Position numbers and translations under genes: made by a program. From Rickettsiales bacterium (GTDB taxonomy: Bacteria; Pseudomonadota; Alphaproteobacteria; Rickettsiales; SXRF01), in contig JANRLL010000014.1 in assembly GCA_033762715.1 (NCBI GenBank), forward strand, positions 11,626 to 75,625: DNA of 64,000 nucleotides, written 5' to 3'. How positions within the stretch are numbered: position 1 is the stretch's first letter; every line of letters begins with the position of its first letter. The notes under the pieces are model-generated. The model did not search any database, was not told the DNA's origin, and saw nothing but the letters and a program-made list of their open reading frames with translations. Positions 19,609-31,081 of this stretch are shown one piece after another.

Positions 19609-21567
19609 CTACACCCCAAACAGAATCCAACTTACGATCGCCAGGAAACCCAGCAACATCGCAAATGCGTAATGATAAATAAAACCAGTTTGCAAACGGC
19701 TGGCACGTCCCGCCAACACCGCCGTCACCCAAGCAGCACCGTTCGGCCCCAAGCCATCAATGATTTTGGTATCCCAGAATTTCCACAAGCGGTATCCCAG
19801 GCGCTTCGTTGGCTGCACAAATATATGGTCATAGAGTTCATCAAAATACCATTTATTGAGCAGGAATTGATAAAGCCGTGGGAACGTCGTTTTAATTTTC
19901 TCCGGCAAAGCGGGATTGACGATATAAAACACCCAAGCCAGCGCAATACCCAGCACCGCCATCAAGAGCGGCAGCGTCACCACCCATAGCGGCACGTGAT
20001 GCGCTTCTTCCAATATGTGATGCGAAGTGATGCTGTTTTGCCAGAAATCACCCGACGGCGACACCATGCCCAGCGCATGATAGCCAATGGCGCCAGAAAA
20101 CAGCGCGCCCAGCACCAGCAAAATCAACGGACGCAGCATAATCGGCGGCGACTCATGCACATGATGCAAGACGTCAGCCGATGCGCGCGAGGTGCCGTGG
20201 AAGGTCATGAACAACAAACGGCAGGAATAAAAGGCGGTCATAAAAGCCGCCGCTACACCCAGCGCGAAAGCAAAATGCCCGACACCACCAAACGCATAGG
20301 CCGCTTCTAAAATCATATCTTTGGAATAATACCCGGCAAACCAGGGGATGCCAGCCAGCGCCAGTGAGCCGATCCACATAAACGCATAGGTGATGGGCAT
20401 CATTTTCCAGATACCACCCATCTTGCGCATATCCTGTTCGCCCGACATGCCGTGAATCACCGAGCCCGCGCCCAAGAAGAGCAGTGCTTTGAAAAACGCA
20501 TGGGTCATCAGATGGAAAATCGCCGCCGCATACGCGCCCACGCCGCAGGCAAAGAACATATAGCCCAGCTGCGAGCAGGTAGAATAGGCGATCACGCGCT
20601 TAATATCATTTTGCACTAGACCAACAGTGGCTGCAAAGAATGCGGTCAATGCGCCAATGACGCAGACTACTTCCAGCGCCACGGCCGATTGCTCGAACAA
20701 GGGCGAACAACGCGCGACCATAAACACACCTGCCGTCACCATGGTTGCAGCATGGATCAATGCCGATACCGGTGTTGGGCCTTCCATAGCATCGGGAAGC
20801 CAGGTATGCAGGCTGAGCTGCGCCGATTTACCCATCGCACCAATGAAGAGCAGAATACAGGCAAGCGTCAGTGCGTGGAATTCCATACCGATGAACACGA
20901 GTGTGCTATCTGCTTTTTCAGCTGCCGCGGCAAAAATACCATCGAAATAGACCGTGCCGAAAATGACATAGACGGCAAAAATACCCAGCGCGAAACCCAG
21001 ATCGCCGACACGGTTCACCAGGAACGCTTTAATGGCAGCAGCGACTGCTTCTGGTTTTTTATACCAAAAACCAATCAGCAGATAGGAGCACAAGCCCACC
21101 CCTTCCCAACCGAGGAAAAGCTGCACCAGATTATCCGATGTCACCAGCATCAGCATGAAGAAGGTAAAGAGCGACAGATAGGCCATAAAGCGCGGCTGGT
21201 GCTCGTCATGACTCATATAACCCACCGAATAGACATGCACCACCGACGACACCCAGGTCACCACCACCAGCATTACCGCCGTAAGCGCATCGACGCGCAA
21301 TGTCCAATTCACTGTAAAGTCACCCGATGTAATCCAGGAAGCCAGCTGCACCTTATGCACCACACCCGCATCGCCCACCAGATCGCGCCAGGGAATGCCC
21401 GCCATAGCAAGGCCTGCGAATTCTTTAAAGATGAGACCAGCCAGAATGGCCGATATAATCATCGCGCCACAGGTCAATTGCTGAGCCAGGCGCGGCGTAA
21501 TGCTGCGCACCGTGAGCCCCACGATCAGCGATGCCAAGAGTGGCAAAAATACGAGCGCTGTAATCAT
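19609..21567 (-). CDS. nuoL: NADH-quinone oxidoreductase subunit L
   Basis: 652 aa antiporter-like subunit (WLPDAMEGPTPVSALIHAATMVTAGVFM) with a long C-terminal extension. Confidence 0.94.
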   Translation of the reverse strand: MITALVFLPLLASLIVGLTVRSITPRLAQQLTCGAMIISAILAGLIFKEFAGLAMAGIPWRDLVGDAGVVHKVQLASWITSGDFTVNWTLRVDALTAVMLVVVTWVSSVVHVYSVGYMSHDEHQPRFMAYLSLFTFFMLMLVTSDNLVQLFLGWEGVGLCSYLLIGFWYKKPEAVAAAIKAFLVNRVGDLGFALGIFAVYVIFGTVYFDGIFAAAAEKADSTLVFIGMEFHALTLACILLFIGAMGKSAQLSLHTWLPDAMEGPTPVSALIHAATMVTAGVFMVARCSPLFEQSAVALEVVCVIGALTAFFAATVGLVQNDIKRVIAYSTCSQLGYMFFACGVGAYAAAIFHLMTHAFFKALLFLGAGSVIHGMSGEQDMRKMGGIWKMMPITYAFMWIGSLALAGIPWFAGYYSKDMILEAAYAFGGVGHFAFALGVAAAFMTAFYSCRLLFMTFHGTSRASADVLHHVHESPPIMLRPLILLVLGALFSGAIGYHALGMVSPSGDFWQNSITSHHILEEAHHVPLWVVTLPLLMAVLGIALAWVFYIVNPALPEKIKTTFPRLYQFLLNKWYFDELYDHIFVQPTKRLGYRLWKFWDTKIIDGLGPNGAAWVTAVLAGRASRLQTGFIYHYAFAMLLGFLAIVSWILFGV

Positions 21568-21568
21568 A

Positions 21569-21895
21569 TTATCCCTTCATGATATGAATATCTTCAACCG
21601 CAATCGAGCCGCGGTTGCGGTAATAAATCACCAATATGGCCAGGCCAATCGCCGCTTCAGCTGCCGCCACTGTCAGAATGAATATGGCAAATACCTGTCC
21701 GGCCAAATCCTGCAGCAACACGGAAAACGCTACGAAATTGATATTGACCGACAGCAGAATCAATTCGATCGACATCAAAATAGTGATGATGTTTTTACGG
21801 TTCAGAAAAATGCCGCAAATGCCCAAGGTGAACAGCAGGCTCGATACGGTGAGGTAATGCATGATACCGATTTGTGCAAAAAATGGCTGCTCCAT
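21569..21895 (-). CDS. nuoK: NADH-quinone oxidoreductase subunit K
   Basis: 108 aa with three TM segments ([28 protein letters not shown]). Its start overlaps the nuoJ stop (TAATG). Confidence 0.92.
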   Translation of the reverse strand: MEQPFFAQIGIMHYLTVSSLLFTLGICGIFLNRKNIITILMSIELILLSVNINFVAFSVLLQDLAGQVFAIFILTVAAAEAAIGLAILVIYYRNRGSIAVEDIHIMKG

Positions 21896-22518
21896 TACGA
21901 TATCCCCTTCCCGCTTTCGACTTGCACTACGGCGAAACTATCTTCGCGTTTGCGCGCCATTTGTTTAGCTACGCTCTGGCGACGTACGCCAGCGCGCGTA
22001 CGCAACGTCAGTACAATCGCGCCGATCATCGCCACCAGCAGAATAACGCCCGCCAACTGGAACGGGTATATATAATAGGTATAAAGCACCGAGCCGATGG
22101 CTTTGGTATTGGTGACATGGTGTGGGTTCGGTGTGGGCAGCAACGGTTGGGCTACTGCAATCTTCATCTGGATAGACCAGTAAAACACGATCATCAATTC
22201 AATGAATGCAACCACAGCAATGCCAACGCCTAAGGGCAAGTGGCGCATGAATCCTTGGCGCATTTCGGTGAAATTAATATCGAGCATCATCACCACGAAT
22301 AGAAACAGCACTGCCACCGCGCCAACATAGACAATGACCAGCGTCATGGCGATATATTCAGCGCCAAGCAATACGAATAGTCCCGCCGAATTGAAAAAAG
22401 CGAGAATCAGGAAAAAGACGCTATGCACTGGATTGCGCGAGGCAATCACCATCACCGCCGAACCAATGGTCACGCCGGAAAACAGATAAAAAATGATCGT
22501 GGCTAATAATTCGCTCAT
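21895..22518 (-). CDS. nuoJ: NADH-quinone oxidoreductase subunit J
   Basis: 207 aa membrane subunit in the expected position ([30 protein letters not shown]). Confidence 0.9.
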   Translation of the reverse strand: MSELLATIIFYLFSGVTIGSAVMVIASRNPVHSVFFLILAFFNSAGLFVLLGAEYIAMTLVIVYVGAVAVLFLFVVMMLDINFTEMRQGFMRHLPLGVGIAVVAFIELMIVFYWSIQMKIAVAQPLLPTPNPHHVTNTKAIGSVLYTYYIYPFQLAGVILLVAMIGAIVLTLRTRAGVRRQSVAKQMARKREDSFAVVQVESGKGIS

Positions 22519-22521
22519 ACC

Positions 22522-23010
22522 TTACCTATAGGCCGCGTCTGCTTGCAAATTGGCGGCAATCGCTGTTTCCCAGCGCTCGCCATTGGCTAGCAATTTTTCT
22601 TTGTTATAGAAAAGCTCCTCGCGCGTCTCAGCAGCGAATTCAAAATTAGGTCCTTCCACAATCGCATCCACCGGGCACGCCTCTTGGCAAAATCCGCAAT
22701 AGATGCATTTGGTCATATCGATGTCATAGCGGGTGGTACGGCGTGAACCGTCAGCACGCTCTTCCGCCTCAATCGTGATCGCTTGCGCCGGACAAATCGC
22801 TTCGCATAACTTGCAGGCGATGCAACGTTCTTCGCCATTCGCATAGCGGCGCAGCGCGTGCTCCCCGCGAAAACGTGGGCTAAGCGGCCCCTTTTCAAAC
22901 GGATAATTGATAGTCACTGGTTTTTTGAACATATAGCGCAGTGTCAGCGCAAAGCCGGAAATCAGCTCAGTCAGCAGAAAAATGCGCGCGGTACTTGCCA
23001 GTCTTAGCAT
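22522..23010 (-). CDS. nuoI: NADH-quinone oxidoreductase subunit I
   Basis: 162 aa with two 4Fe-4S ferredoxin motifs, [12 protein letters not shown] and [12 protein letters not shown]. Confidence 0.95.
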   Translation of the reverse strand: MLRLASTARIFLLTELISGFALTLRYMFKKPVTINYPFEKGPLSPRFRGEHALRRYANGEERCIACKLCEAICPAQAITIEAEERADGSRRTTRYDIDMTKCIYCGFCQEACPVDAIVEGPNFEFAAETREELFYNKEKLLANGERWETAIAANLQADAAYR

Positions 23011-23014
23011 GCCA

Positions 23015-23707
23015 TTATCCTATGTTGGTCGTTTTGTTTCGTTTGCGCCAGATATAGACCACGATCATCAATATCACCAGTACGATCACACCGCCCGACA
23101 CATACGGCATATAGGTTTTGATCAGTTTTTTGTTGCCGCCGATAAGATAGCCAACGCCCACCAAGGTTGACATCCAGATGGCACCACCCACACCGGTATA
23201 GATGCAGAATTTTTTGAGATCCATTTTCGCCAATCCTGCCGGAAACGAGATAAAGTGGCGAAGGCCAGGCACCAAGCGGCCAGTGAAGGTGGAGATTTCG
23301 CCGTGGCTGTAAAAGAATTTATCGAGCTTTTCCATTTTATCGGGACCAAAGAAGAAATATTTGCCGTAGGCATTGATAAAACGACGGCCATAATGATAGG
23401 CGATATAATAGTTAAACAATGCGCCACCAATGGTGCCGGTGATACTGCATAGCAGCACTAAAAACAGATTCATCTGCCCTTGCTGCACCAAATATCCGGC
23501 TGGAATCATCGTCACTTCGCTGGGAATCGGCATGAAGGTGCTTTCCAGAAAGGTCATAATGAAAATGCCAGGATAACCCAGCGTATGCACCACATCGACC
23601 AGCCATTGGATCATGTGCTGAATACCGGTGCCGACCCCTTCATGGATGACGACAATGTCATCTGGCAGAGGAACGTCCGATAGTGTGATTTCTGGATTAG
23701 CGCTCAT
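23015..23707 (-). CDS. DedA/SNARE-associated family membrane protein, intercalated between nuoH and nuoI
   Basis: 230 aa. [52 protein letters not shown] and Y..G..IW are DedA hallmarks. There is 0 nt to the nuoH stop and 4 nt to the nuoI start. Confidence 0.8.
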   Translation of the reverse strand: MSANPEITLSDVPLPDDIVVIHEGVGTGIQHMIQWLVDVVHTLGYPGIFIMTFLESTFMPIPSEVTMIPAGYLVQQGQMNLFLVLLCSITGTIGGALFNYYIAYHYGRRFINAYGKYFFFGPDKMEKLDKFFYSHGEISTFTGRLVPGLRHFISFPAGLAKMDLKKFCIYTGVGGAIWMSTLVGVGYLIGGNKKLIKTYMPYVSGGVIVLVILMIVVYIWRKRNKTTNIG

Positions 23708-24745
23708 TTATACACCCGTTGAGAAAAAGACTATATAGGCAGCCGTAAGCACGACCCATACCAAAGAAAACGGCAAGAATACTTTCCAGCCCAAGCGCAT
23801 CAACTGGTCATAGCGATAGCGCGGCAGCGTCGCGCGCGCCCAAATAAAGACAAAAAGGCAGAACAGTACTTTCATGATAAACCAGGCAGGCGCTGGAATG
23901 AGCGTCAGCGGCATTACATCGGCCACTGGATACCAGCCGCCTAAGAAGAGAATAGTCGTCATGCCACTCATCAAAATCATATTGGCATATTCACCGAGGA
24001 AAAAGAGCGCAAAGCTCATCGACGAATACTCTACGTTATAACCGGCAACCAGCTCGGCTTCCGCTTCCGGCAAATCGAATGGATGACGGTTGGTTTCCGC
24101 CAGCGCCGAAATAAAGAACAACACAAACATCGGGAATAAGATGCCACACGCATGCCAATTCCAGATGCCGCCTTCCTGCGCGCGCACGATATCGCTTAAG
24201 TTCAGCGAACCCACTAGCAGCAGCACCGTTACAATCACAAAACCGATGGACACTTCGTAGCTCACCATCTGCGCCGATGAGCGGATCGCACCCAAAAACG
24301 CATATTTCGAGTTACTAGCCCAGCCGGCCATGATGATGCCGTATACGCCAAGCGACGAAATGGCGAAAAGATAGAGAATACCGACATTTATATCGGCCAC
24401 CACGAAATTGGGCGCCAGCGGAATCACCGCCCATCCCAGCAGCGCCAGCATAAAGGTTAGCATTGGCGCCATGAGGAACACCACTTTGCTCGACTGCGTC
24501 GGCACAATGGTTTCTTTCAATATGAGTTTCAGCCCATCCGCAAACGGCTGCAGCAGCCCCCAGAACCCAACGACGTTAGGGCCTTTGCGCAGCTGCATCG
24601 CGGCAATTACTTTGCGCTCCATCAAAGTCAGCATCGCCACGCAAATCAAAAGCGGCACCACAATAATCAGAATTTGCAGCGCGATCATCAACAGCGGATA
24701 TAACGCATTCAACCACCACTGCTCTAAGGTCCAATCCGGTATCAT
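23708..24745 (-). CDS. nuoH: NADH-quinone oxidoreductase subunit H
   Basis: 345 aa ND1-like protein ([44 protein letters not shown]). Confidence 0.95.
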   Translation of the reverse strand: MIPDWTLEQWWLNALYPLLMIALQILIIVVPLLICVAMLTLMERKVIAAMQLRKGPNVVGFWGLLQPFADGLKLILKETIVPTQSSKVVFLMAPMLTFMLALLGWAVIPLAPNFVVADINVGILYLFAISSLGVYGIIMAGWASNSKYAFLGAIRSSAQMVSYEVSIGFVIVTVLLLVGSLNLSDIVRAQEGGIWNWHACGILFPMFVLFFISALAETNRHPFDLPEAEAELVAGYNVEYSSMSFALFFLGEYANMILMSGMTTILFLGGWYPVADVMPLTLIPAPAWFIMKVLFCLFVFIWARATLPRYRYDQLMRLGWKVFLPFSLVWVVLTAAYIVFFSTGV

Positions 24746-26809
24746 TTAGGCCACCTTCTTCGCTTGTGGTTGGCCGATGGCTTGCGTGCATTGAGCCATG
24801 GTTTTAGACGCACGGCTTATCGGATCACTCATATAATAGTTGGTGATAAACTGATCAAATGGCGTGGCCGATATATTCCATTTTTGCGTCGAAGCGGCTG
24901 TCCAAGCAGCTGGCACAATTTCACCCACCTTGGCAAAATGCGGCGCTTGTTTTTTCATGCGCTCGCGCAATTGCTCCAGGCTGTTACAAGGCAGCGGGGT
25001 TTTGAGCACATCGGACAGTGCGCGAACTATCGTCCAATCCTCTTTTGCCTGACCGGGCGGGAACACAGCGCGTCTCGTGCGCTGCACACGGCCTTCAAGG
25101 TTCACATAGGTCGCATCTTTTTCCGTATAGGCTGCGCCTGGCAACACCACATTGGCGCGATGCGCCCCGTCATCACCGTGATGACCTTGGTAAATTACAA
25201 ATGCATCACCAAGCAGGCGCATATCAAATTCATCCGCACCGAGCAGGTAAACCAGTTTGATCTCGCCGCTTTGGCAGCCAGCAAAAATCTGTCCAATATC
25301 CTTGCCACCTGGTGCCGGTACAAATCCCAGATCGAGCGCAGCAACGCGCGAAGCGGCATGATGCAGCACGTTAAATCCGTTCCAGCCGTCTTTTACCAGG
25401 TTGCATTGGGTGGCAATCGCCTTCGCTGCTGCAAAAACCTGATCGCCATCATCACGTGCGAGGGCAGCTGTTCCCAGCACCAGCATCGGCGCTTTTGCCT
25501 CGGACAAGAGCTTAGCCACCGGATGCTTGCCAGCGGCAATTTCGCCAAGCAGTTTAGGATCATTACCCAGATACTCATACGGATAGGTCAGCTCATCTTG
25601 CGTGCCCAGCACGAAAATCTTCAGCGTACCTTTGAGCCACGCCTTGCGGATACGCGCATTAAGCATCACCGCTTCGCGGCGTGGGTTGGCTCCCACCAGC
25701 AGCAGCACATCGGCCTGTTCAATGCCAGCTATGCCGCTATTGAACAGATAATTCGCACGTTGGCTCACATCGAATTTCGCGCCTTCCTGACGGCAATCGC
25801 GGTTTTCCACACCCAGCCCATCGAGCAGATCGCGCAGCGCCATCATGCTCTCAGCGCAGGCCAAATTACCCGCCACTGCGGCCATTTCCTGGCGCTTCAA
25901 ACTTTTGATCTGTTGGGCAATCACCTCAAACGCTTGTTGCCAGCTGGCTTCTTGCAGCTTGCCTTCGGCGTTTCGGACATAAGGGCGGTCTAAGCGCTGC
26001 ACGCGCAAACCATCGCAGGCATAACGCGTTTTATCGGCGATCCATTCTTCGTTAATGTCCTCATGCACGCGCGGCAATATACGCATCACCGCTTCGCCGC
26101 GGCTGTCGATGCGAATATGCGAGCCTACTGCATCGAGCACGTCGATCGATTCGGTTGATTTCAGCTCCCACGGGCGAGCTGTAAAAGCGTACGGTTTGCT
26201 GGTAAGCGCACCCACTGGGCACACATCGACCAAATTGCCGGCCAATTCGGTGGTCAGGGTTTTTTCCACGTAAGTCCCGACTTCCATATGCTCGCCACGG
26301 CCATAAGCACCAAGCTCCGGCACACCGGCCACTTGGGTGGCAAAGCGAATGCAGCGGGTGCAATGGATACAGCGGGTCATATGGGTTTTAATCAGTGGGC
26401 CCATATATTTATCTTCAACGGCGCGTTTGCCTTCTTTGTAGCGACTTTCGCCTTTGCCATAATAAAGTGACTGGTCTTGCAGATCGCATTCGCCGGCCTG
26501 ATCGCAAATTGGGCAATCGAGCGGATGGTTGATCAGCAAAAATTCCATTACGCCTTCGCGTGCTTTTTTGACCATTGGCGAATTGGTTTTCACCACCATG
26601 CCGTCTGAGCATGGTAGCGCGCAAGACGCTTGCGGCTTCGGCGGGCCAGGCGATACTTCCACCAGGCACATGCGGCAATTACCCGCAACACTCAAGCGCT
26701 CATGGTAGCAAAAGCGCGGTATCTCAATACCCACTTGCTCACAGGCTTGAATAACCAACGTGCCCGCTTCAACTTCTATTTCTTTGTCATCGATCGTCAG
26801 TTTAGGCAT
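24746..26809 (-). CDS. nuoG: NADH-quinone oxidoreductase subunit G
   Basis: 687 aa. It has an N-terminal 2Fe-2S/4Fe-4S cluster region (CYHERLSVAGNCRMCLVE, HPLDCPICDQAGECDLQD, CIHCTRCIRF) followed by a molybdopterin-like domain. Confidence 0.95.
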   Translation of the reverse strand: MPKLTIDDKEIEVEAGTLVIQACEQVGIEIPRFCYHERLSVAGNCRMCLVEVSPGPPKPQASCALPCSDGMVVKTNSPMVKKAREGVMEFLLINHPLDCPICDQAGECDLQDQSLYYGKGESRYKEGKRAVEDKYMGPLIKTHMTRCIHCTRCIRFATQVAGVPELGAYGRGEHMEVGTYVEKTLTTELAGNLVDVCPVGALTSKPYAFTARPWELKSTESIDVLDAVGSHIRIDSRGEAVMRILPRVHEDINEEWIADKTRYACDGLRVQRLDRPYVRNAEGKLQEASWQQAFEVIAQQIKSLKRQEMAAVAGNLACAESMMALRDLLDGLGVENRDCRQEGAKFDVSQRANYLFNSGIAGIEQADVLLLVGANPRREAVMLNARIRKAWLKGTLKIFVLGTQDELTYPYEYLGNDPKLLGEIAAGKHPVAKLLSEAKAPMLVLGTAALARDDGDQVFAAAKAIATQCNLVKDGWNGFNVLHHAASRVAALDLGFVPAPGGKDIGQIFAGCQSGEIKLVYLLGADEFDMRLLGDAFVIYQGHHGDDGAHRANVVLPGAAYTEKDATYVNLEGRVQRTRRAVFPPGQAKEDWTIVRALSDVLKTPLPCNSLEQLRERMKKQAPHFAKVGEIVPAAWTAASTQKWNISATPFDQFITNYYMSDPISRASKTMAQCTQAIGQPQAKKVA

Positions 26810-27146
26810 GGGTTTCTCGTTTTGCGTATTGATCTACCATATCGAAAATCATTTCTTTTAATTTCACGAATTCAGGCTGTTTCACTTTGCGAAATTTCAC
26901 CGCGCTGTAATCTTTGCGGCGCTCATCCTGACTACGGCCGGCGCGCACGAATTCAATACGGCCAAACATAATCGGGTTGGCATCGCGAAATACCACCTCA
27001 GCAATCGCGGCAATAGGAATCTCGCGTTTAGCGCCAAAACCAAAGCGCATAATGTTCCACCAGCCTTTGCGATGAATGATAACGCGGTCAGTGAGCAGCT
27101 CGACCTGCCCATCTATTCCTTCAATATACATAAGACGTTTGGCCAT
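26802..27146 (-). CDS. small PH-domain-like hypothetical protein, intercalated between nuoF and nuoG
   Basis: 114 aa with a GAGGGA SD. The pattern GQVELLTDRVIIHRKGW...REIPIAAIAEVVF...GRIEFV resembles bacterial PH (bPH/YokE-like) domains, but this assignment is tentative. An 8-nt overlap with the nuoG start. Confidence 0.6.
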   Translation of the reverse strand: MAKRLMYIEGIDGQVELLTDRVIIHRKGWWNIMRFGFGAKREIPIAAIAEVVFRDANPIMFGRIEFVRAGRSQDERRKDYSAVKFRKVKQPEFVKLKEMIFDMVDQYAKRETHA

Positions 27147-27157
27147 GATTCCCTCGC

Positions 27158-28438
27158 TTATGCTGCTCGTTTGTTGCTATATTCGTTGATGCGGCGCTCA
27201 ATCTCTCCGCGGAAATGGCGTACCAAGCCTTGCACCGGCCAAGCCGCTGCATCACCCAACGCACAAATCGTATGGCCTTCGATGCGGCTTGCAATATCGA
27301 GCATATGGTCAATATCTTCGATTTTCGCCTGCCCCTTGGCCATGCGCTCCATCATGCGCCATAGCCAGCCAGTGCCTTCACGGCACGGCGTGCATTGGCC
27401 GCAGGATTCATGCATGTAGAATTTGGACAAGCGGGCAATGGCTTTGACCACGTCCGTCGATTTATCCATTACAATCACCGCTGCCGTGCCCAGACCCGAT
27501 TTTACTGCGCGCAGTGAATCGAAATCCATCAGCACCGTATCGCAAATATCTTTAGGCAGCATTGGCACCGATGAGCCGCCAGGAATGATCGCCAGCAAAT
27601 TATCCCATCCGCCACGCACACCACCGGCATGCTTCTCGATCAGCTCTTTCAGCGGAATGCCCATTTCTTCTTCGACGTTGCAGGGATTATTCACGTGACC
27701 CGAAATGCAAAACACTTTGGTGCCGGTATTGTTTGGTCGCCCTATGCCTGCAAACCAGGCCGCGCCGCGGCGCAAAATGGTAGGTACCACCGCAATCGAC
27801 TCGACGTTATTGACTGTAGTAGGGCAACCCCACACACCAACAGCTGCCGGAAACGGCGGCTTCAAGCGTGGCTGGCCTTTTTTGCCTTCCAGCGATTCGA
27901 TCAGCGCCGTTTCTTCGCCGCAAATATAAGCCCCTGCTCCACGATGCACATAGATGTCGCAGTCAAAACCGGAGCCGCAAGCATTCTTACCAATTAATCC
28001 AGCTTCATAGGCTTCATCAATCGCATGCTCTAAGCGATTAGCTTCTTCAACGAATTCGCCGCGAATATAGATATAGGCCGCAACCGCGCGCATGGCATAG
28101 CAGGCAATCAAACAGCCTTCGATCAGCTTATGCGGATCATGGCGCATCATATCACGATCTTTGCAGGTGCCTGGCTCGCCTTCGTCGGCATTCACTACGA
28201 GATAAGACGGACGGCCATCCGATTTTTTCGGCATAAACGACCATTTGATGCCGGTGGAAAAGCCAGCCCCGCCACGGCCGCGCAGGCCCGATGCTTTCAC
28301 TTCTTCCACAATGGCTTCTGGCTCTTTGCTTAAAATCGCCCGGGTATTATCCCAATCACCACGCGAACGCGCGCCAGCCAAACGCCAGTCCTGATGGCCG
28401 TAGAGGTTGGTAAAAATCCTATCTTTATCTGCGAGCAT
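27158..28438 (-). CDS. nuoF: NADH-quinone oxidoreductase subunit F
   Basis: 426 aa. It has the FMN/NADH site [19 protein letters not shown] and the 4Fe-4S motif [12 protein letters not shown]. Confidence 0.96.
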   Translation of the reverse strand: MLADKDRIFTNLYGHQDWRLAGARSRGDWDNTRAILSKEPEAIVEEVKASGLRGRGGAGFSTGIKWSFMPKKSDGRPSYLVVNADEGEPGTCKDRDMMRHDPHKLIEGCLIACYAMRAVAAYIYIRGEFVEEANRLEHAIDEAYEAGLIGKNACGSGFDCDIYVHRGAGAYICGEETALIESLEGKKGQPRLKPPFPAAVGVWGCPTTVNNVESIAVVPTILRRGAAWFAGIGRPNNTGTKVFCISGHVNNPCNVEEEMGIPLKELIEKHAGGVRGGWDNLLAIIPGGSSVPMLPKDICDTVLMDFDSLRAVKSGLGTAAVIVMDKSTDVVKAIARLSKFYMHESCGQCTPCREGTGWLWRMMERMAKGQAKIEDIDHMLDIASRIEGHTICALGDAAAWPVQGLVRHFRGEIERRINEYSNKRAA

Positions 28439-29040
28439 TACTTGGTCCCTCCGACAAGGCTGGTAAGACCACCAAGCGGCTCAGAACTTTTGCGCTTGGA
28501 TTGCGGCCCTGCTTTGGGGGACTTATCATTGGCCAGCGCATCTATCAGCTCCACCACATTCTCTGGTGTGAGATCTTCGTAATAATGATCGCCCACTTGG
28601 CACATCGGCGCATTCACACACGCACCCAAACATTCCGCCTCTTTCAAGGTGAACATGCCGTTGGATGTGGTTTCGCCCATTTTAATGCCTAGGTGTTTTT
28701 CGCAGGCGGCTACAATCGCATCCGAACCGCGCAACCAGCATGGCGTGGTAGTGCAGACTTCGATCATGTGTTTGCCGACCGGCTGCAAATTATACATGGT
28801 ATAGAAGCTCGCCACCTCATAGACACGCACCGGCACCATATTTAAAAACTCGGCGATATAATCCATAGCGGCTTTAGACAACCAATTTTTATTTTGGCGC
28901 TGCGCCAATGTCAAAAGCGGCATTACCGCACTTTGTTCACGGCCAGCCGGATAGCGGCGTACAATACGCTGCGCCTTCTCCAAATTATCAGGAGTAAAGG
29001 CGAAGGTGGATTCATCTTGTGGTGATTTTGCGGTGCTCAT
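28438..29040 (-). CDS. nuoE: NADH-quinone oxidoreductase subunit E
   Basis: 200 aa thioredoxin-like 2Fe-2S subunit ([11 protein letters not shown]...[11 protein letters not shown]). It has a 1-nt overlap with the nuoF start. Confidence 0.93.
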   Translation of the reverse strand: MSTAKSPQDESTFAFTPDNLEKAQRIVRRYPAGREQSAVMPLLTLAQRQNKNWLSKAAMDYIAEFLNMVPVRVYEVASFYTMYNLQPVGKHMIEVCTTTPCWLRGSDAIVAACEKHLGIKMGETTSNGMFTLKEAECLGACVNAPMCQVGDHYYEDLTPENVVELIDALANDKSPKAGPQSKRKSSEPLGGLTSLVGGTK

Positions 29041-29897
29041 GGAACTGGTAATCTACTGGTTTTTGTTTTGGCGCTAGCTGGTCCCGTAGGCTTCAGCTTC
29101 GTTTCGTTAGGAGGCATTTTTTTGAGATCCATCAGCAGCTGGGCCACCGACTGACCATTGGTAGCAATCCCTGCGCTCTGAGTTGCCTTGCCGGGCACGA
29201 GCTGTGGATTAGCGCTTTGGGTGGTTGCAGGATTGACGGTCGGATTAGGCGGTGTATCCGAAGTCGGCGCTTTAGCCGCTGAGGCGTTTTGCTGGATAAC
29301 CACTACAGCAGTCTTTTTAAAGACCTTGAGCAGACGCGAGGTGCGTGTTGGATCTGCCGGCGGCATCAACAATATGTCGCCCACTACAAACGGGTCTTTC
29401 CCATTAGCAACGATGAAACACGCCATGGTGTAGTCATGGGCGCGTTCCTTATAAAAATAAATCAAGCCACCTTCACTCACGACAAATTGCAACAGCGCGT
29501 TGGACTGTTCAGCCTGTAGCTTTTGATATGCCTCAGCATCAGGAATCGAGCCATAACCCACTCGGGTTTCCTTGTAGGTGCTGTCAGCGCTGAATAGCAA
29601 ATATTGGTACGGCTGCGCGTTGAAGTTGAGCAGCTCTTGGCCAGCTGGGCGCTCATAGACGTTGGACAGTTTCCAAAAACCGGCAACATCTTCTTTTTTA
29701 CATGGGCGCGATGGCGGCAAAGCTGGAAAGCCTACCACCGGTGCCGGTGCGATAACCGTATCGGCTGTAGCAGGCGCCACAGCCGGTGCCGTTTTTGCAG
29801 GCGCTGCTGCTTGCGGCGCCGATGGCGTTTGTGCGAGAGCCGCACCAGCGGCTGCCACACAGGCTAAACTTGAAAGGCAGAGTAGATAGCGTTTCAT
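29037..29897 (-). CDS. secreted hypothetical protein, intercalated between nuoD and nuoE
   Basis: 286 aa. The signal peptide is [22 protein letters not shown]|QT. An Ala/Pro-rich N-terminal linker, a globular middle and a T/P/N/Q-rich C-terminus follow. ATGA overlaps occur at both ends (with the nuoD stop and the nuoE start). Confidence 0.7.
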   Translation of the reverse strand: MKRYLLCLSSLACVAAAGAALAQTPSAPQAAAPAKTAPAVAPATADTVIAPAPVVGFPALPPSRPCKKEDVAGFWKLSNVYERPAGQELLNFNAQPYQYLLFSADSTYKETRVGYGSIPDAEAYQKLQAEQSNALLQFVVSEGGLIYFYKERAHDYTMACFIVANGKDPFVVGDILLMPPADPTRTSRLLKVFKKTAVVVIQQNASAAKAPTSDTPPNPTVNPATTQSANPQLVPGKATQSAGIATNGQSVAQLLMDLKKMPPNETKLKPTGPASAKTKTSRLPVP

Positions 29898-31078
29898 CGA
29901 TCAATCTCCCCAAATACAATGTCCATGGTTCCAATGACAGCCACGACGTCTGCCAGTAAATGCCCTTTGGTCATAAAATCAAGCGCTTGCAAATGAGCAA
30001 ACCCGGGTGCGCGAATTTTGCAGCGATACGGCTTATTGCTGCCGTCCGATATTAGGTACACGCCAAACTCGCCTTTGGGCGCCTCGACGGCCGTATAGGT
30101 TTCACCCGCCGGCACACGGTAGCCTTCAGTGAATAATTTGAAATGATGAATCAGCGCTTCCATCGATTGTTTCATCGCCGCGCGTTTGGGCGGTGCAATT
30201 TTACTATCTTGCGTCACCACCGGTCCTTTGGGCATACGCTCGATACATTGTTTGATGATTTTAAGCGATTGGCGCATTTCTTCCATGCGCACCATGTAGC
30301 GATCGAAACAATCGCCATGCTTGCCGATGGCTACATCGAAATCGAGTTTATCATACACATCATAAGGCTGGCTCTTGCGCAGATCCCAGGCAACGCCTGA
30401 GCCACGCAGCATAGGGCCGCTAAAGCCCCAATCCATGGCTTCTTGCGCCGAGACGATCCCAATATCCACCATACGCTGGCGGAAAATACGGTTGTCGGTG
30501 AGCAGGCTATCTACGTCGTCGATATATTTGACGAAACCTTCGGCCCACCGCAGCATGTCTTCATCGAGGCCGGCTGGAATATCTTGATGTACGCCGCCTG
30601 GGCGGATATAGGCCGAGTGGAACCGCGCACCGGATGCACGCTCATAAAATTCGAGTAATTTTTCACGCTCTTCAAACAGCCATAGCAACGGCGTCATAGC
30701 GCCAACATCGAGCGCTTGCGTGGTAACGTTCAGAATATGATTCAAAATGCGCGTCAGCTCAGCAAACAACACACGGATATATTGCGCGCGCTCTGGCACC
30801 TCGCAGCCTATGAGCTTTTCTACCGCTAGCGAATAGGCATGTTCCTGGCACATCGGCGAGACATAATCCAGCCGGTCAAAATACGGCAGCGCTTGCAGAT
30901 AGGTTTTATGCTCTATCAGCTTTTCGGTGCCACGATGCAATAAGCCAATATGCGGATCGGCACGCTCGATCACTTCGCCGTCCATCTCCAAAACCAGACG
31001 CAAAACCCCGTGCGCCGCCGGATGTTGCGGGCCGAAGTTCAAAGTCAGGTTTTTTAGATCAACAACAGGACTGGTCAT
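29894..31078 (-). CDS. nuoD: NADH-quinone oxidoreductase subunit D
   Basis: 394 aa 49-kDa subunit ([22 protein letters not shown], ...[10 protein letters not shown]-terminus). Confidence 0.96.
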   Translation of the reverse strand: MTSPVVDLKNLTLNFGPQHPAAHGVLRLVLEMDGEVIERADPHIGLLHRGTEKLIEHKTYLQALPYFDRLDYVSPMCQEHAYSLAVEKLIGCEVPERAQYIRVLFAELTRILNHILNVTTQALDVGAMTPLLWLFEEREKLLEFYERASGARFHSAYIRPGGVHQDIPAGLDEDMLRWAEGFVKYIDDVDSLLTDNRIFRQRMVDIGIVSAQEAMDWGFSGPMLRGSGVAWDLRKSQPYDVYDKLDFDVAIGKHGDCFDRYMVRMEEMRQSLKIIKQCIERMPKGPVVTQDSKIAPPKRAAMKQSMEALIHHFKLFTEGYRVPAGETYTAVEAPKGEFGVYLISDGSNKPYRCKIRAPGFAHLQALDFMTKGHLLADVVAVIGTMDIVFGEIDR

Positions 31079-31081
31079 AGC

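Noticed and set aside
24764-25993. Long antisense ORFs opposite bona fide genes. Examples are 409 aa opposite nuoG, 297 aa at 20689-21582 opposite nuoL, 262 aa at 35666-36454 opposite clpX, 282 aa at 47090-47938 opposite ahcY, 254 aa at 61262-62026 opposite purB, 243 aa at 9189-9920 opposite proS and 221 aa at 5186-5851 opposite dnaE.
   Set aside because: Their compositions are Arg/His/Gln/Phe-rich and low in information, and no motifs are present. Each lies fully inside a gene whose product is unmistakable. These are typical shadow ORFs.
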